Positions 41,504 through 52,443 are shown, counted from the stretch's first letter. The stretch is DNA of 64,000 nt from Puniceicoccaceae bacterium (GCA_040830765.1 JBFOMH010000005.1:256001-320000); one strand, 5' to 3'. Notes: generated by a model from the letters alone, not told the origin. A program made the numbers and translations.

Positions 41504-42790
41504 CTAGGCCGCGTCTTCCTTGTACTTCAGCTTTGGCTTGGCCTTGCCGGTCACAACTGACTGGGTAATGATCACTTCCTTGACATCCTTGTACTCAGGA
41601 AGCTGATACATGATATCCAGCATGATGCCTTCCATGATGGAGCGCAGGGCCCGGGCACCTGTTTTCAGGACAAGCGCCTTTTCCGCAACCGCACGAATGG
41701 CATCCTTGCGGAAAGTCAGCTTCACCCCTTCCATTTCGAAGAGTTTGACGTACTGCTTGGTGATAGCGTTGCGGGTCTGGGTCAGGATGTGCTCCAACTG
41801 CCCTTGATCCAGTTCCTCCAGAACGGAAACAACCGGCAAGCGACCAATGAATTCCGGAATCAGTCCATAACGGACCAGGTCCTCCGGAGCCAGCTCAGTA
41901 AAAATGTGTTCGCCGTCCCAGTTAGTATGGCCTGTCTCTTCCCACCCAATGGTACCTTTGCCCATGCGGCGGCGAATGATGTCTTCGAGGCCGACGAAGG
42001 CCCCGCCACAGATGAAGAGGACATTCTCCGTATTGACCTGGATGTATTCCTGATTGGGATGCTTGCGCCCCCCTTGTGGTGGAACGTTGCAGACCGTGCC
42101 CTCGAGGATTTTCAAAAGCGCTTGCTGTACGCCTTCACCGGAAACATCGCGGGTAATGGAGACATTATCGGTTTTGCGGCCGATCTTATCGATCTCATCG
42201 ACGTAGATAATGCCACACTCCGCCTTGGCCACATCATAGTTGGCAGCCTGAAGAAGACGCAGGACGATGTTCTCGACGTCTTCACCGACGTAGCCCGCCT
42301 CTGTCAGGGTTGTGGCATCTGCGATGGCAAAAGGAACTTCCAGAAGATCCGCCAATGTCCGGGCAAGGAGCGTTTTCCCGCTACCAGTTGGTCCGGCCAG
42401 GAGGACATTGCTTTTCTCAATCCGAACCTCGCTCTCGTCACCTGCGGCGGCCGCTTCCTTCTTCTCCTCATCGGTCTTCAACTCAGCCTGCAAACGCTTG
42501 TAGTGGTTGTACACCGCGACCGAGAGGACCTTCTTGGCATGGTCCTGACCCACTACGTCAAGGTCCAGCATAGCCTTAATCTCGGTCGGCTTGGAGAGTT
42601 TGAAGGGCTTGGTGGCCTCAGCCCGGGCCGTCGCTCCAGCTTCCCTCAGTTCCCGGTCGATGATGGTCTTGCAGACATCCACGCAGGAATCACAGATGTA
42701 CACACCAGCAGGTCCGGCAATAATCTTGCGGACTTCAGACTGCGATTTACCGCAGAAACTGCAAAAGGTCATCTTTGAGGCACGAGCCAT
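41504..42790 (-). CDS. clpX: ATP-dependent Clp protease ATP-binding subunit
   Basis: Zn finger [14 protein letters not shown]; '[14 protein letters not shown]'. Confidence 0.98.
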   Translation of the reverse strand: MARASKMTFCSFCGKSQSEVRKIIAGPAGVYICDSCVDVCKTIIDRELREAGATARAEATKPFKLSKPTEIKAMLDLDVVGQDHAKKVLSVAVYNHYKRLQAELKTDEEKKEAAAAGDESEVRIEKSNVLLAGPTGSGKTLLARTLADLLEVPFAIADATTLTEAGYVGEDVENIVLRLLQAANYDVAKAECGIIYVDEIDKIGRKTDNVSITRDVSGEGVQQALLKILEGTVCNVPPQGGRKHPNQEYIQVNTENVLFICGGAFVGLEDIIRRRMGKGTIGWEETGHTNWDGEHIFTELAPEDLVRYGLIPEFIGRLPVVSVLEELDQGQLEHILTQTRNAITKQYVKLFEMEGVKLTFRKDAIRAVAEKALVLKTGARALRSIMEGIMLDIMYQLPEYKDVKEVIITQSVVTGKAKPKLKYKEDAA

Positions 42791-42796
42791 GGGAAG

Positions 42797-42907
42797 AGGT
42801 CTTAGGTCTTAGGTCTTAGGTCTTAGGTAGTATTTCAGCGATTTGCTCAACCAAGTCAAAGGTTTCCGTCAAAGGAACCTACGACCTATGACCTACGACC
42901 TGCGACC
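42797..42907. repeat. Inverted heptamer microsatellite arms between clpP and clpX
   Basis: (AGGTCTT)x4 at 42797-42828; the reverse-complement-type arm ACCT-ACGACCT-ATGACCT-ACGACCT-GCGACCT at 42877-42907. Confidence 0.85.
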
Positions 42908-42910
42908 TGA

Positions 42911-43507
42911 TTACTTGTCCTTGAACTGGATTACCTGATCAACAAGCCCATATTCCAAGGCTTCTTCAGCTGTCATGTAGAAATCGCGGTCGGAATCGAC
43001 CTCGATCTTTTCCACATCCTGGCCGGAATGCTCGGCCAAAACCTGATTGATGGTCTTCTTCCAGCGAAGGATTTCCCGTGCGGCAATGGATATGTCGGCT
43101 GACTGGCCGGTGGCACCGCCGGTTGGCTGGTGAATCATCATCCGGCTATGCGGCAGGGCATAGCGCTTACCGGGCGTTCCGGCGGCAAGGAGGACGGTCG
43201 CCATACTGGCAGCCTGTCCCATGCAGTAGGTCTTGATGTCACAACTGAGGAACCGCATGGTATCGTAGATCGCCATGCCATCAGTGACGCTGCCACCTGG
43301 GGAATTGATATAAAGCTGGATATCCTTTTTCGGATCCTCCATCTGCAGGAGGAGCATCTGGGCGATAACCGCATTGGCCACGTAATCATCAATCGGTGTC
43401 CCGATAAAGATGATTCGGTCCTTCAGCAAGCGGCTGTAGATATCCCAGCTCTTCTCAGTACGGCCGTCACTCTCGACGACGTGCGGTAAGGGCAAATAGT
43501 AACTCAT
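42911..43507 (-). CDS. clpP: Clp protease proteolytic subunit
   Basis: '[12 protein letters not shown]', 'YINSPGG', 'AASM', 'MIHQP'. Confidence 0.98.
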   Translation of the reverse strand: MSYYLPLPHVVESDGRTEKSWDIYSRLLKDRIIFIGTPIDDYVANAVIAQMLLLQMEDPKKDIQLYINSPGGSVTDGMAIYDTMRFLSCDIKTYCMGQAASMATVLLAAGTPGKRYALPHSRMMIHQPTGGATGQSADISIAAREILRWKKTINQVLAEHSGQDVEKIEVDSDRDFYMTAEEALEYGLVDQVIQFKDK

Positions 43508-43542
43508 GCAGACAAGATGGGCCGATCTTTCAAGGAGCGCAA

Positions 43543-44883
43543 TCAGGATTCCGATTTTTCAGCAGCGCCGGCACTGGCTTCCTTGAGCAGGAAATCAAGC
43601 GTCTTGGAAAAGAGGATCTGCCGCTGGAGTTGCACCAGCCGCCCACGGTCCTTGCGGAACTCCTTGGCCAGCTCTTCCGGCTTGCGCTGTTGCTGCATGG
43701 CCATGCCATAGACAGCGCGGGTCAGGTCTTCATTGTCAATTTGGATTTCCTCCGCCTCAGCTACCCGGTTGAGGATAATCTGCAGCTTGACGTCCCGACT
43801 GGCGGCCTGGTTGGCACCGGCGAAAATCGCTTCCTTGTTCTTCTCGAATTCCTCCTCGGCCATTCCCATCTGCATGTTCTGGTTGATGATGCGACCCATG
43901 GCATTTTGGGTTTCAGCCTCGACGGCGCTTTCCGGGAGAGGGAAATCAACCGCCTCATCAAGGAACTTGAGGATCTGGTCACGCTGCTTGTCTTCAGCTT
44001 CCCGCTTTTTCCGGGCTTCCAGTTCATCCAGGATCTGCGCCTTGAAGTCCTCCAGGCTTTCCGCCCGGACACTCTTGAGGAAATCCTCGTCAATCTCAGG
44101 CAACTTCCGCTCCCGGACTTCTGTCACCTCGATGGCATAGTTGACCGTCTTGCCCTGCAGCTCCTCAACGGCGAAATCGTCGGCAAGCGTCTGTTCGACG
44201 GTCTTGCTCTCCCCAGCCTTCATCCCGACAAGGGCATCAATGACAGCAGGAACACCAAATTCCTTGGCTTCATCGGTACCGGCCTCTTCCCAGCCATCCT
44301 TGACGGCCCCCCACGCCTGCAGGCGCGGCTGGTCCTTGAGTTGGTCGGCAATGGGATCGCCGGCAAGTGTCCCGGTGTAGCTCAGCTTGACGTAATCCTT
44401 GGCTTCCGCCGCCCGGTCAACCACCTCGAAATCGGCCCGTTGGCGCCGGATTCGATCAATGGTCTCGTCAATCTCGCTGTCCTCGACTTCCGTCTCCGGG
44501 GCTTCGATGGCAATACCCTTGTACTCCGGGAGGTCGAATTGCGGATTCACATCAATGGTCAGGTCGAGGGAAATTTCCTGGCCGGCGAGAAAGTCGCCCG
44601 GTTCCGGGAACTCAACGATATTGTAGACATCCAGATTGTCTTGCCCGACCACCTCGTCGTAGGCAGAGCGCATCAAGGCGCCCCGCAGTTCCTCGCTCAG
44701 TTGCTTGGCGTAAAGTTGACGTACCCGCGCTTCGGGTGCCTTGCCGGGGCGGAATCCCGGCACCTTGGCCTGCTTGATGAAAGACTTGAGGATGCGGCTC
44801 TCTTCCTGAGCAACCTCGTCGCCACTGATGGTGACAACCACGTCTTTTCGCGTTTCGCTGATGTCGTTAATCGTAACGTTCAC
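43543..44883 (-). CDS. tig: Trigger factor
   Basis: 'PGFRPGKAP' ribosome-binding motif; tig-clpP-clpX gene order. Confidence 0.96.
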   Translation of the reverse strand: MNVTINDISETRKDVVVTISGDEVAQEESRILKSFIKQAKVPGFRPGKAPEARVRQLYAKQLSEELRGALMRSAYDEVVGQDNLDVYNIVEFPEPGDFLAGQEISLDLTIDVNPQFDLPEYKGIAIEAPETEVEDSEIDETIDRIRRQRADFEVVDRAAEAKDYVKLSYTGTLAGDPIADQLKDQPRLQAWGAVKDGWEEAGTDEAKEFGVPAVIDALVGMKAGESKTVEQTLADDFAVEELQGKTVNYAIEVTEVRERKLPEIDEDFLKSVRAESLEDFKAQILDELEARKKREAEDKQRDQILKFLDEAVDFPLPESAVEAETQNAMGRIINQNMQMGMAEEEFEKNKEAIFAGANQAASRDVKLQIILNRVAEAEEIQIDNEDLTRAVYGMAMQQQRKPEELAKEFRKDRGRLVQLQRQILFSKTLDFLLKEASAGAAEKSES

Positions 44884-45034
44884 GGTACCTATCGTTTTGA
44901 TGATTAATGGGCTTTGAAAAAACGGCCAATAAAGGTCATCGGGATTTCCCGGTCAACTCATTTTGCAAGAAACTCCCGGCCCTCTGTCGGGACAAAAAGC
45001 CGCTTCGGGCTTTTCAAACGGTGGGAATTGTCCC

Positions 45035-46768
45035 ATGTTGTTCGCCATGCTCCGGCTTCAGCTACAAACCGCCTGGATTCTCCTTCTCTGCCTGCCCGCG
45101 TTGCTGAGTGCCGACCCCATTTACCGACCCAAACACATTGTGTGGTCAGCAAAGGGCATGAATGGCGCAATTGCTGCAGCCGAACACCATGCCACGGAAG
45201 CGGGCCTGCAAGTCCTCAGGGAAGGCGGTAATGCCCTTGATGCAGCAATAACAGTCGGATTTACCCTTTCGGTCACCCTGCCGCGGGCAGCCAACATTGG
45301 CGGAGGTGGATTCCTACTTTACCACGATGCTGCCACCGGCCAGACCTTCGCCCTCGATTATCGTGAGATGGCTCCTTCAAAGGCCTCCAGGGACATGTTT
45401 CTTGATGACCAAGGTAATGCGGATAGCTATCTTTCGCGCAAGTCCCCACTTGCGGTGGGAGTTCCCGGTACCGTAGCTGGACTACTCGAGGCGCACCGGC
45501 GCTTTGGTACCCTACCCTTGGAGCGGCTCATGGAACCGGCCATCACCCTCGCAAGGGATGGATTCGTCATCTCCGCCCATTTCCAGGACCTGCTGGAAAA
45601 GGCGGCAGGCGACAACCGACTGGATGCGGCGGCAAGACAAGTGTTCCACGGACCTGACGGCGAACCCCGAAAGGCCGGGGAGGTCCTTATCCAGGAAGAT
45701 TTGGCACAGACCTTCGAGTTGATCGTCCAGCAGGGACGGGACGGATTCTATACCGGACCGGTGGCTCAGGCCATCGTGGATACGCTGGCGGAAAAAGGCG
45801 GTCTCATCACCATCGAGGACATGACCAGTTACCAACCGGTATGGCGAGATCCCGTTACCGGGAACTACAAGGGGCATACGATTCTCTCCATGCCACCACC
45901 CAGTTCAGGAGGCGTTCATCTTGTCCAGATGCTGCACCTGCTGGAAAACTTTCCACTTGGGGATTGGGGCCATAACAGCAGCAAGGCCATCCATATCATC
46001 GCGGAAGTAATGAAGCGGGCCTATGCGGACCGCAGCAAGTATCTTGGTGATCCGGATTATGCCAATGTTCCGATTCAAGATCTGTTATCCGAAGAGTATG
46101 AGGCCGCAACCCTCGAGCAAATCGACTTGACCAGCCCCACGCCCAGCGACCTGGTGCGGCCGGGCCTTCCGGAACATTCTCCCGAGAGCACAGAAACCAC
46201 CCATTTCTCCATCGTGGACAAGGACGGCAATGCCGTGGCCAATACCACAACGCTCAATTTCAGCTTTGGATCCGGCATTATGGCCCGGGGAACAGGTGTC
46301 TTGCTCAATAATGAGATGGACGACTTTTCCGCCAAGCCCGGCGTCCCGAATGCCTACGGGCTCATTGGGGGAGAGTTTAACGCCGTTGAGCCAGGCAAGC
46401 GGCCCTTGAGTTCCATGACTCCAACCATTGTCCTTGAGGATGGCCAAGTCCAACTGGTCACCGGTAGCCCCGGCGGCAGTCGCATTATCAACACGGCCCT
46501 GCAGATTATCCTCAACGTCCTTGCGTTCGACCTGACGATTGCTGAAGCCACCTACGCCCCCCGCTTTCATCACCAGTGGCTCCCGGACACACTCTTTATT
46601 GAACGCACCTTCCCATCGGACGCCCTTCGAATTCTCAAGTCGATGGGCTACACCATCGAAAGCAACTATACCATCGGAGCCGCTCAATCCGTGTACCGCG
46701 ATGCGGAGGGCGAATTCTCCGCCACTGCTGACTCCCGGCGACCCGGCAGCACTGCACTGGCCTATTAA
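45035..46768 (+). CDS. ggt: Gamma-glutamyltransferase
   Basis: Signal peptide; 'GGNALDAA', 'ETTHFSIVD', 'LNNEMDDFS', 'RPLSSMTP', 'GSPGG'; start may instead be 45047. Confidence 0.95.
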   Translation: MLFAMLRLQLQTAWILLLCLPALLSADPIYRPKHIVWSAKGMNGAIAAAEHHATEAGLQVLREGGNALDAAITVGFTLSVTLPRAANIGGGGFLLYHDAATGQTFALDYREMAPSKASRDMFLDDQGNADSYLSRKSPLAVGVPGTVAGLLEAHRRFGTLPLERLMEPAITLARDGFVISAHFQDLLEKAAGDNRLDAAARQVFHGPDGEPRKAGEVLIQEDLAQTFELIVQQGRDGFYTGPVAQAIVDTLAEKGGLITIEDMTSYQPVWRDPVTGNYKGHTILSMPPPSSGGVHLVQMLHLLENFPLGDWGHNSSKAIHIIAEVMKRAYADRSKYLGDPDYANVPIQDLLSEEYEAATLEQIDLTSPTPSDLVRPGLPEHSPESTETTHFSIVDKDGNAVANTTTLNFSFGSGIMARGTGVLLNNEMDDFSAKPGVPNAYGLIGGEFNAVEPGKRPLSSMTPTIVLEDGQVQLVTGSPGGSRIINTALQIILNVLAFDLTIAEATYAPRFHHQWLPDTLFIERTFPSDALRILKSMGYTIESNYTIGAAQSVYRDAEGEFSATADSRRPGSTALAY

Positions 46769-46776
46769 CAGTAAAC

Positions 46777-47730
46777 ATGGAACCTGCAATAGACATCCTT
46801 GACCTGCGTGTTGATTACGGCGACTTGACCGCCGTCAACAACCTGTCCCTGACAATTGAATCAGGGGAAATCTATGGCCTTGTAGGCCCCAACGGGGCCG
46901 GCAAGACCAGTACCCTCAACGTGCTTGCCACGCTTCTGGTCCCGACCTACGGGACCGTCCGCATGGCCGGTTACGACCTTGAGGAAAACCCGGAGGCCAT
47001 CCGGGCCCGGCTCGGCTACATGCCGGACCTCGCCCCGATCATCGGCAACCTCAAGGTGTGGGAGTTTCTTGACCTCTTTGCCGCCGCCCACGGGATCTGG
47101 GGAGCGGAAAAAGCCAAGACGGTTGACAAGTGCCTCGAACTGGTGGGCATGGATGAAAAGCGAAATGTCCTTTGCGGAACGCTTTCCCGCGGCATGACCC
47201 AACGCGTGGTGCTCGCCAAGACCCTATTGCACAGCCCCGGCATCCTCCTTCTCGATGAGCCAGCCAGCGGTATGGACCCGATTGCCCGGATCGAGCTCAA
47301 GGATGCCCTCCAGAACGTTGCCAGTGAGGGGGCCACCGTCATAGTCTCCTCCCATATCCTGAGCGAGCTCTCGGAAATGGCCACTTCCATTGGCATCCTC
47401 CACAAGGGCCGTCTCCGGGAACATGGCCCAGTGATGCAGGTCCTCTCTTCATTAAAGCAGGCTAGCAACATAATTGCCCTCGATCTTATCGGGGATCCGG
47501 AACCGTGTCGACAATGGCTCACCGACCGCCACATCAAGGCCACTCCTGATGAAAAGCACCCCAGCCGGCTAATGGTCGAGTTGGCTGGAGACGAAATCCA
47601 CCAGGCACAGCTCCTGAAGGACATCGTCCAGGCAGACTTTTCCGTCCATGGCTTCCAAGCCAAGCATTCAAGCCTCGAGGACCTCATGAGGGCCATCTCC
47701 GCCGAACCCGACGAAGAAACAGAATCCTAA
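46777..47730 (+). CDS. ABC-2 type ATP-binding protein
   Basis: GPNGAGKT, LSRGM, LDEP. Confidence 0.92.
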   Translation: MEPAIDILDLRVDYGDLTAVNNLSLTIESGEIYGLVGPNGAGKTSTLNVLATLLVPTYGTVRMAGYDLEENPEAIRARLGYMPDLAPIIGNLKVWEFLDLFAAAHGIWGAEKAKTVDKCLELVGMDEKRNVLCGTLSRGMTQRVVLAKTLLHSPGILLLDEPASGMDPIARIELKDALQNVASEGATVIVSSHILSELSEMATSIGILHKGRLREHGPVMQVLSSLKQASNIIALDLIGDPEPCRQWLTDRHIKATPDEKHPSRLMVELAGDEIHQAQLLKDIVQADFSVHGFQAKHSSLEDLMRAISAEPDEETES

Positions 47731-47734
47731 GATC

Positions 47735-49321
47735 ATGCTACACAAGAATCCAATTTTTATCCGTTTCTGCCGCTCCGAACTACGGCCCAAGAAGGCCTTC
47801 TTCTGGTATCTCCTGACTCTCATTGGTACCGCTTTCGCAGTGGCTGTAACCTACGCCCCGCAGGTTGCCCAGGGGCGTGAAGCCATGGCCGCCGCCCGAA
47901 ACGCCCTTCTGCCAGTGATGATTATCCAGGGCGTCATTCTTTTGTTCATGGGTACCGGAAGCATTGCCAGTGGCATTACGCGTGAGAAAGTCGAAAATGT
48001 TCTCGATTACCAGCGGCTGACCCCGCTGGCGACCCGGGACAAGATAATCGGCTACCTATTTGGCCTGCCGATCCGCCACTACGTGATGTTCTCCATTACT
48101 CTGCCCTTCCTCCTCTTCATCCTCATCGTCGGGCAGATCCCACCCAGTGCATTTGTTCCCTATTACCTTGTCTTTTTCACCTCGACCTTGCTGTACCACT
48201 TTACCGGTCTGGTTGCCGGGATGATTAGCCGCAAGTGGCGTTGGTCGGCCCGCATTTCCCAAGGGCTGATTTTCCTCCTTTATTTCGTCCTTCCGCAATT
48301 GTCTCACATCGGTTTGGTCTTCCTTGAGTTCCTGACTGTCCGTCCTGTGTTTGCGGAAAAAATCATCCCGGTCATTGGGTCCAACGCCAACATCTCCATT
48401 CAAGGAATGGGCTTCATGGCGGGTCAGAGCGTTCCACTGTTTCACCTGACGTTGTCGGGAACGCTCTTCTCCTTCATCATACAGGCTGGCCTGGTTGTCC
48501 TCTTTGCCGGAATTGTCGCCCGCAAATGGAAGGCTGATTCCATTCCCGCCATCAGCAAAAAGATGGCCCTCATTACGTTTGCGGCCTTCAGCATCATGTC
48601 CCTGGCCAACATCTGGCCCAACCTGACCCGGGCCGAGAATGCCCTCAATATTTTCCAGTCAGATGGTGACCTCGGAGCGGAAATCGCCGTTGTCGTCCTG
48701 CCGCTTATCATGGCGCTGGTCACCACCTACCTGGCTTTTGTCCTCATGACTTCCGCCCTGCCGGACCCGATGCAATTCCGCCATGGCCGCATTCGCGCCA
48801 TGCGTCTCGGGCATGACAAGTTAAAGCCGTGGGAGGATGCTGCCGGCGGGTATCCCTTTATTGCCTTCATCCTGCTCATCCAGGTCGTCTTCTTTGGGGT
48901 TGTCATTTACACACTCAATCAGGCCGGGTACTATGCCGATATCGAATTGAATCCACTGCAGGGTTTGTGGCTTCTCCTTGGGACCGCCCTGACCTTGTTC
49001 TATTTCCAGGCGCTTAAGGAGAATTTCGGAACCGGCCTCCTGGCAATGTTTGTCCTCATCAGCTGGGCTGTTCCCATCCTCCTTGCCATTGTCATTTTTG
49101 CCGTCAACCAGGACCAATGGCCCCTCGCCCTGGCCGTCACCGGACTATCCCCCATTGCCCTGATTCCGTTCTCCGTCTTCCAGATGGCCCCGGTGGATGA
49201 AATCCAGGAGAACTTCATCTATCTCCAGCGGGCCCTCGGGGTCGCCCTCCTGACCATGACTGGTCTCAATGTCTGGCTCCACCTGCGTCTCCGTAAACTT
49301 CGCAAGGCCCTCCCGATCTAA
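47735..49321 (+). CDS. ABC-2-like multi-pass membrane protein
   Basis: ~12 TM helices; 'ITREK....LD..RLTP'; follows the ATPase. Confidence 0.75.
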   Translation: MLHKNPIFIRFCRSELRPKKAFFWYLLTLIGTAFAVAVTYAPQVAQGREAMAAARNALLPVMIIQGVILLFMGTGSIASGITREKVENVLDYQRLTPLATRDKIIGYLFGLPIRHYVMFSITLPFLLFILIVGQIPPSAFVPYYLVFFTSTLLYHFTGLVAGMISRKWRWSARISQGLIFLLYFVLPQLSHIGLVFLEFLTVRPVFAEKIIPVIGSNANISIQGMGFMAGQSVPLFHLTLSGTLFSFIIQAGLVVLFAGIVARKWKADSIPAISKKMALITFAAFSIMSLANIWPNLTRAENALNIFQSDGDLGAEIAVVVLPLIMALVTTYLAFVLMTSALPDPMQFRHGRIRAMRLGHDKLKPWEDAAGGYPFIAFILLIQVVFFGVVIYTLNQAGYYADIELNPLQGLWLLLGTALTLFYFQALKENFGTGLLAMFVLISWAVPILLAIVIFAVNQDQWPLALAVTGLSPIALIPFSVFQMAPVDEIQENFIYLQRALGVALLTMTGLNVWLHLRLRKLRKALPI

Positions 49322-49457
49322 ATCTTAATCTTAGCCTTAATCTTAATCTTAGCCTTATCTTAACCTTAATCTCAGTCTTAATCTCCCGGACGGGAGCGCG
49401 CACCAATGCAGTGGGCCGGTATCTAGATTAAGATCAAGATTAAGACTAAGATTAAGA
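49321..49457. repeat. Inverted hexamer (TTAATC-type) microsatellite arms
   Basis: About ten AATCTT/AGCCTT units at 49321-49384; complementary AGATTA/AGACTA units at 49425-49457. Confidence 0.85.
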
Positions 49458-49462
49458 GGAAC

Positions 49463-49495
49463 AAAAAACCCGGAGCCGCATCGCGACCCCGGGTT
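49463..49495 (-). terminator. Intrinsic terminator after the PEP-CTERM gene
   Basis: Minus strand AACCCGGGGUCGC-GAU-GCGGCUCCGGGUUUUUU. Confidence 0.75.
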
Positions 49496-49521
49496 GAAAA
49501 AGTGATTCTATCCCTTGTGTC

Positions 49522-50136
49522 CTAGCGGCGCCGGCGCCACATCACGAACATGAGACCGACCGCACCCAGAAGGGCTGCATAATGCGCCGGTTCGGGGACA
49601 GCAGTTTGTACAAGATTGATTGAGCCTGAAGTGCCCAGCTTAAAGGTGTCCCACGTATCTCCTGCACCATTGAAATTCACCAGGAACGGGGCGAGGGAGT
49701 TGAAAACTGCTGTGCTTGATGCCACGATACCAACGTATTCACCACCGGTAAGGGAGCCAACAGTACCTTGAGTAATCAGAATCACAGGTACCAATCCATT
49801 CTGGTCCTCGGTGAAGGTCCGGGAGGTACTCCAGTCAAGGATGGTATCAAATGGCGGTGGTGGCGTTGTCAGGGCTTCCCATGCCACATCAAAAATAGGA
49901 TTTGTCGCCAATGCGTTAATCTCCGAGGCAAGTGGAGTTGATGAAAAACTTAACGCATTAAAATCAACCAGGGATACCATGCTGGAATAAACATTCACAT
50001 CGCCAGGATTCTGGTCGACCCCACCGGCAAATATCTGATCCACTTCAATTTGGAAATTAACCGATTGGGCATAAGCCGAAACGCCGACTATGAATGCTAC
50101 AGCCAATGATAGTGTTTTTTTAGTTAAGCTCATCAC
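49522..50136 (-). CDS. PEP-CTERM sorting-domain protein
   Basis: Signal peptide; C-terminal 'AVPEPAHYAALLGAVGLMFVMWRRRR'. Confidence 0.92.
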   Translation of the reverse strand: MMSLTKKTLSLAVAFIVGVSAYAQSVNFQIEVDQIFAGGVDQNPGDVNVYSSMVSLVDFNALSFSSTPLASEINALATNPIFDVAWEALTTPPPPFDTILDWSTSRTFTEDQNGLVPVILITQGTVGSLTGGEYVGIVASSTAVFNSLAPFLVNFNGAGDTWDTFKLGTSGSINLVQTAVPEPAHYAALLGAVGLMFVMWRRRR

Positions 50137-50176
50137 GTATTTTGGTTAGATTAAAAGTTAGTCACAGAATAAATTA

Positions 50177-51073
50177 CTAATAGGCGGCCTCATGCAGGGC
50201 ATCAGAATCGGCCGATGTCTTCATCACTGCAGCTGAGCCAGAGTCGATAACGGCAGAATCCCTGAGAGTGAAACTTCCGTCATACCAACCAGCAAATGTT
50301 GTATAGTACTGGGCAGTGAATAATGGAGTCAAGGACCCCTCAGAGTAAATCGAAACCAATGTGCCATCTGCAGGACTGGGGAATGTTTCGACCAATGTTT
50401 GGCCGCTTACCGGCTCCAGAGTTCCAATAATGTTGATGATGTTTGAACCCGCATATGGACTCAGGATCGCATTGTCGATGACGGATCCATAGAAGACTGC
50501 CTCCCTGGAAACAGTGCTATTCATCACGACGCCTTCACCCGGAAAAATAATCAAGTCATCCTGAAGGGCAAATGCACCGTCATACCAACCGTTGAACGCA
50601 GTATAGTACTGCGCGGTAATTGTTGTCCCGTCCGTGTTGTAAACTGAGACCAAGTCGCCGTCCTGAACGTTAACAAAGTTACCGAAATCGGCCAAGGTCA
50701 CATGCTCCCTAATACTGACCATGTCAGAAGCGGCCAACCCAGTGACTTCAAATTCCAAAGTAACGCTATCGACTGTCGAGGAAACAATAGAGACCACCGT
50801 TCCGGATCCCGTTCCTGAAAGAACGTGCAGGTATGCTTGAGCAGGGAGTGTTGGCAGGCCTGTCAAATCAACAACCGCCCCTGAAACCGAATCAACTGAC
50901 CCTTGGTAGGCAACTTGCTTGAGGAATGGGACAGAGACCAATTGGGGACCGGCAGGGATTGTAAAGGAAGAGGCCCCAACCACTGGGGTTGTCGCAGCCG
51001 AAGTCGAAAGACAGGATAAGAGAAGCGAAACGAGGCAGCAATTTCGTATGTGAGACCAATTCATAACAAACAT
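50177..51073 (-). CDS. Secreted TIGR02597-like Verrucomicrobia protein
   Basis: Signal peptide, 'TTPVVG', 'IIFPGEG', internal duplication; located next to a PEP-CTERM gene. Confidence 0.6.
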   Translation of the reverse strand: MFVMNWSHIRNCCLVSLLLSCLSTSAATTPVVGASSFTIPAGPQLVSVPFLKQVAYQGSVDSVSGAVVDLTGLPTLPAQAYLHVLSGTGSGTVVSIVSSTVDSVTLEFEVTGLAASDMVSIREHVTLADFGNFVNVQDGDLVSVYNTDGTTITAQYYTAFNGWYDGAFALQDDLIIFPGEGVVMNSTVSREAVFYGSVIDNAILSPYAGSNIINIIGTLEPVSGQTLVETFPSPADGTLVSIYSEGSLTPLFTAQYYTTFAGWYDGSFTLRDSAVIDSGSAAVMKTSADSDALHEAAY

Positions 51074-51209
51074 AATTTTTGCTGAATAGGACCCGTACTG
51101 TAAAGGGTATTTTCTGTTTAATACGCCTATTTATAAGGATTTTACGGCCTTGCGGGGGCTAGGTGAACCGCCTAGTCGGATTCCCTGCGCAGAACCTTAA
51201 CTGGTTGTA

Positions 51210-52436
51210 TTAGTGGGAGGTATCGACGCGGGAGCCCTTGGGCTGCCCGATGGCAGCGAGTAAGTCAGAGAACCATTCCGTCTCGATATCGAATGGCTTG
51301 CCGCCCTTGATACGCTCGAACTCTATGGCGCGCAACACGTTAGCGTTGTCCTCATCATGTCCGATTACCCCACCCTCACGGCGCAGGGAGCACTCCACGG
51401 CAAGGTCGACACAGGACTTGATAAGCCTCAGATCATCCTCGTTGGCTGCGGCAGCCCGGGAATAATAGCCGCTTTTCTGGACCATGACCTTCTCCGCCCC
51501 GATTTTGGCGGAAAATTGCTCCGCGAAGTACTTGCCGGGGTTAACCGCATCCAATTTGACGTGGCCAAAGGCGTCGCGGGGGACTTCCTGGCCATCCGTT
51601 TCCATCTGCTTGACGATGTCAGCGACCCCGGCGCCCTCGGAAATGAAGATGTTCACACAGTCGTGCTCATCCATGATGCCCTTGAGGCGGGCCGCTTCGG
51701 CATCGATATCGAGTGACATTTCCGGAATGTAGATGCCGTGGACCTCGAAACGCTCCTTTTCAAGGCCGATTTCCGGGACATACATTTCGTGGTCGATGTT
51801 GTTCATGTACTCGGAGGCAGTCGCAGCGGTGAGCCAGCCACAGTGGCGTCCCATGACTTCATGAACGATGAGCATGCGCGGGTTGGCGTTGTGTTCATTG
51901 ACCACATTCTCAAAGAAATAGGCTCCCTCTTCGGCCGCCGTCCAGGCACCGAGGCTCTGCTTGATCGGGAAGACGTCGTTATCGATGGTCTTCGGCAGGC
52001 CAATGACCGTCAGTTCGTAGTCATTCTCCTTGAGAAACTGGGCGAGGTCGGCGGCTGCCGTATTGGTATCATCGCCCCCAATGGTATGGAGGACATCCAC
52101 GCCATCCTTGACCAATTGGTCGGCGGCAACCTTTTGCGGGTCCTCACCTTCCTTGACCAGACCCCGCTTAACGCAGTCCTTGACGTTGGTCAGCTTGACC
52201 CGGCTGTTGCCAATTGCACTGCCCCCGAACTTGTGCAGCAGGCCGGCATCCTCGCGAATAACCTCGATGACTTCAATCGAGTCTCCCAGCAGCAGGCCTT
52301 TATAGCCACTGCGGTAACAAATGATCTCAATGGAGGGATCGATTTCCGTATAGCGTTCAATCAATCCGCCAACGGCGGAATTCAGGCAGGGAGCCAGGCC
52401 CCCGGCGGTCAGTAAGGCAACTTTCTTCGGTTTCAT
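51210..52436 (-). CDS. pfp: Pyrophosphate--fructose-6-phosphate 1-phosphotransferase
   Basis: 'TAGGLAPCL', GGDD (PPi-type), 'PKTIDND', 'MGR.CG'. Confidence 0.93.
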   Translation of the reverse strand: MKPKKVALLTAGGLAPCLNSAVGGLIERYTEIDPSIEIICYRSGYKGLLLGDSIEVIEVIREDAGLLHKFGGSAIGNSRVKLTNVKDCVKRGLVKEGEDPQKVAADQLVKDGVDVLHTIGGDDTNTAAADLAQFLKENDYELTVIGLPKTIDNDVFPIKQSLGAWTAAEEGAYFFENVVNEHNANPRMLIVHEVMGRHCGWLTAATASEYMNNIDHEMYVPEIGLEKERFEVHGIYIPEMSLDIDAEAARLKGIMDEHDCVNIFISEGAGVADIVKQMETDGQEVPRDAFGHVKLDAVNPGKYFAEQFSAKIGAEKVMVQKSGYYSRAAAANEDDLRLIKSCVDLAVECSLRREGGVIGHDEDNANVLRAIEFERIKGGKPFDIETEWFSDLLAAIGQPKGSRVDTSH

Positions 52437-52443
52437 TTTAAGT

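Noticed and set aside
42797..42907. CRISPR array at the short tandem repeats (also 49321-49457)
   Set aside because: Units are 6-7 bp with no unique spacers, and there are no cas genes
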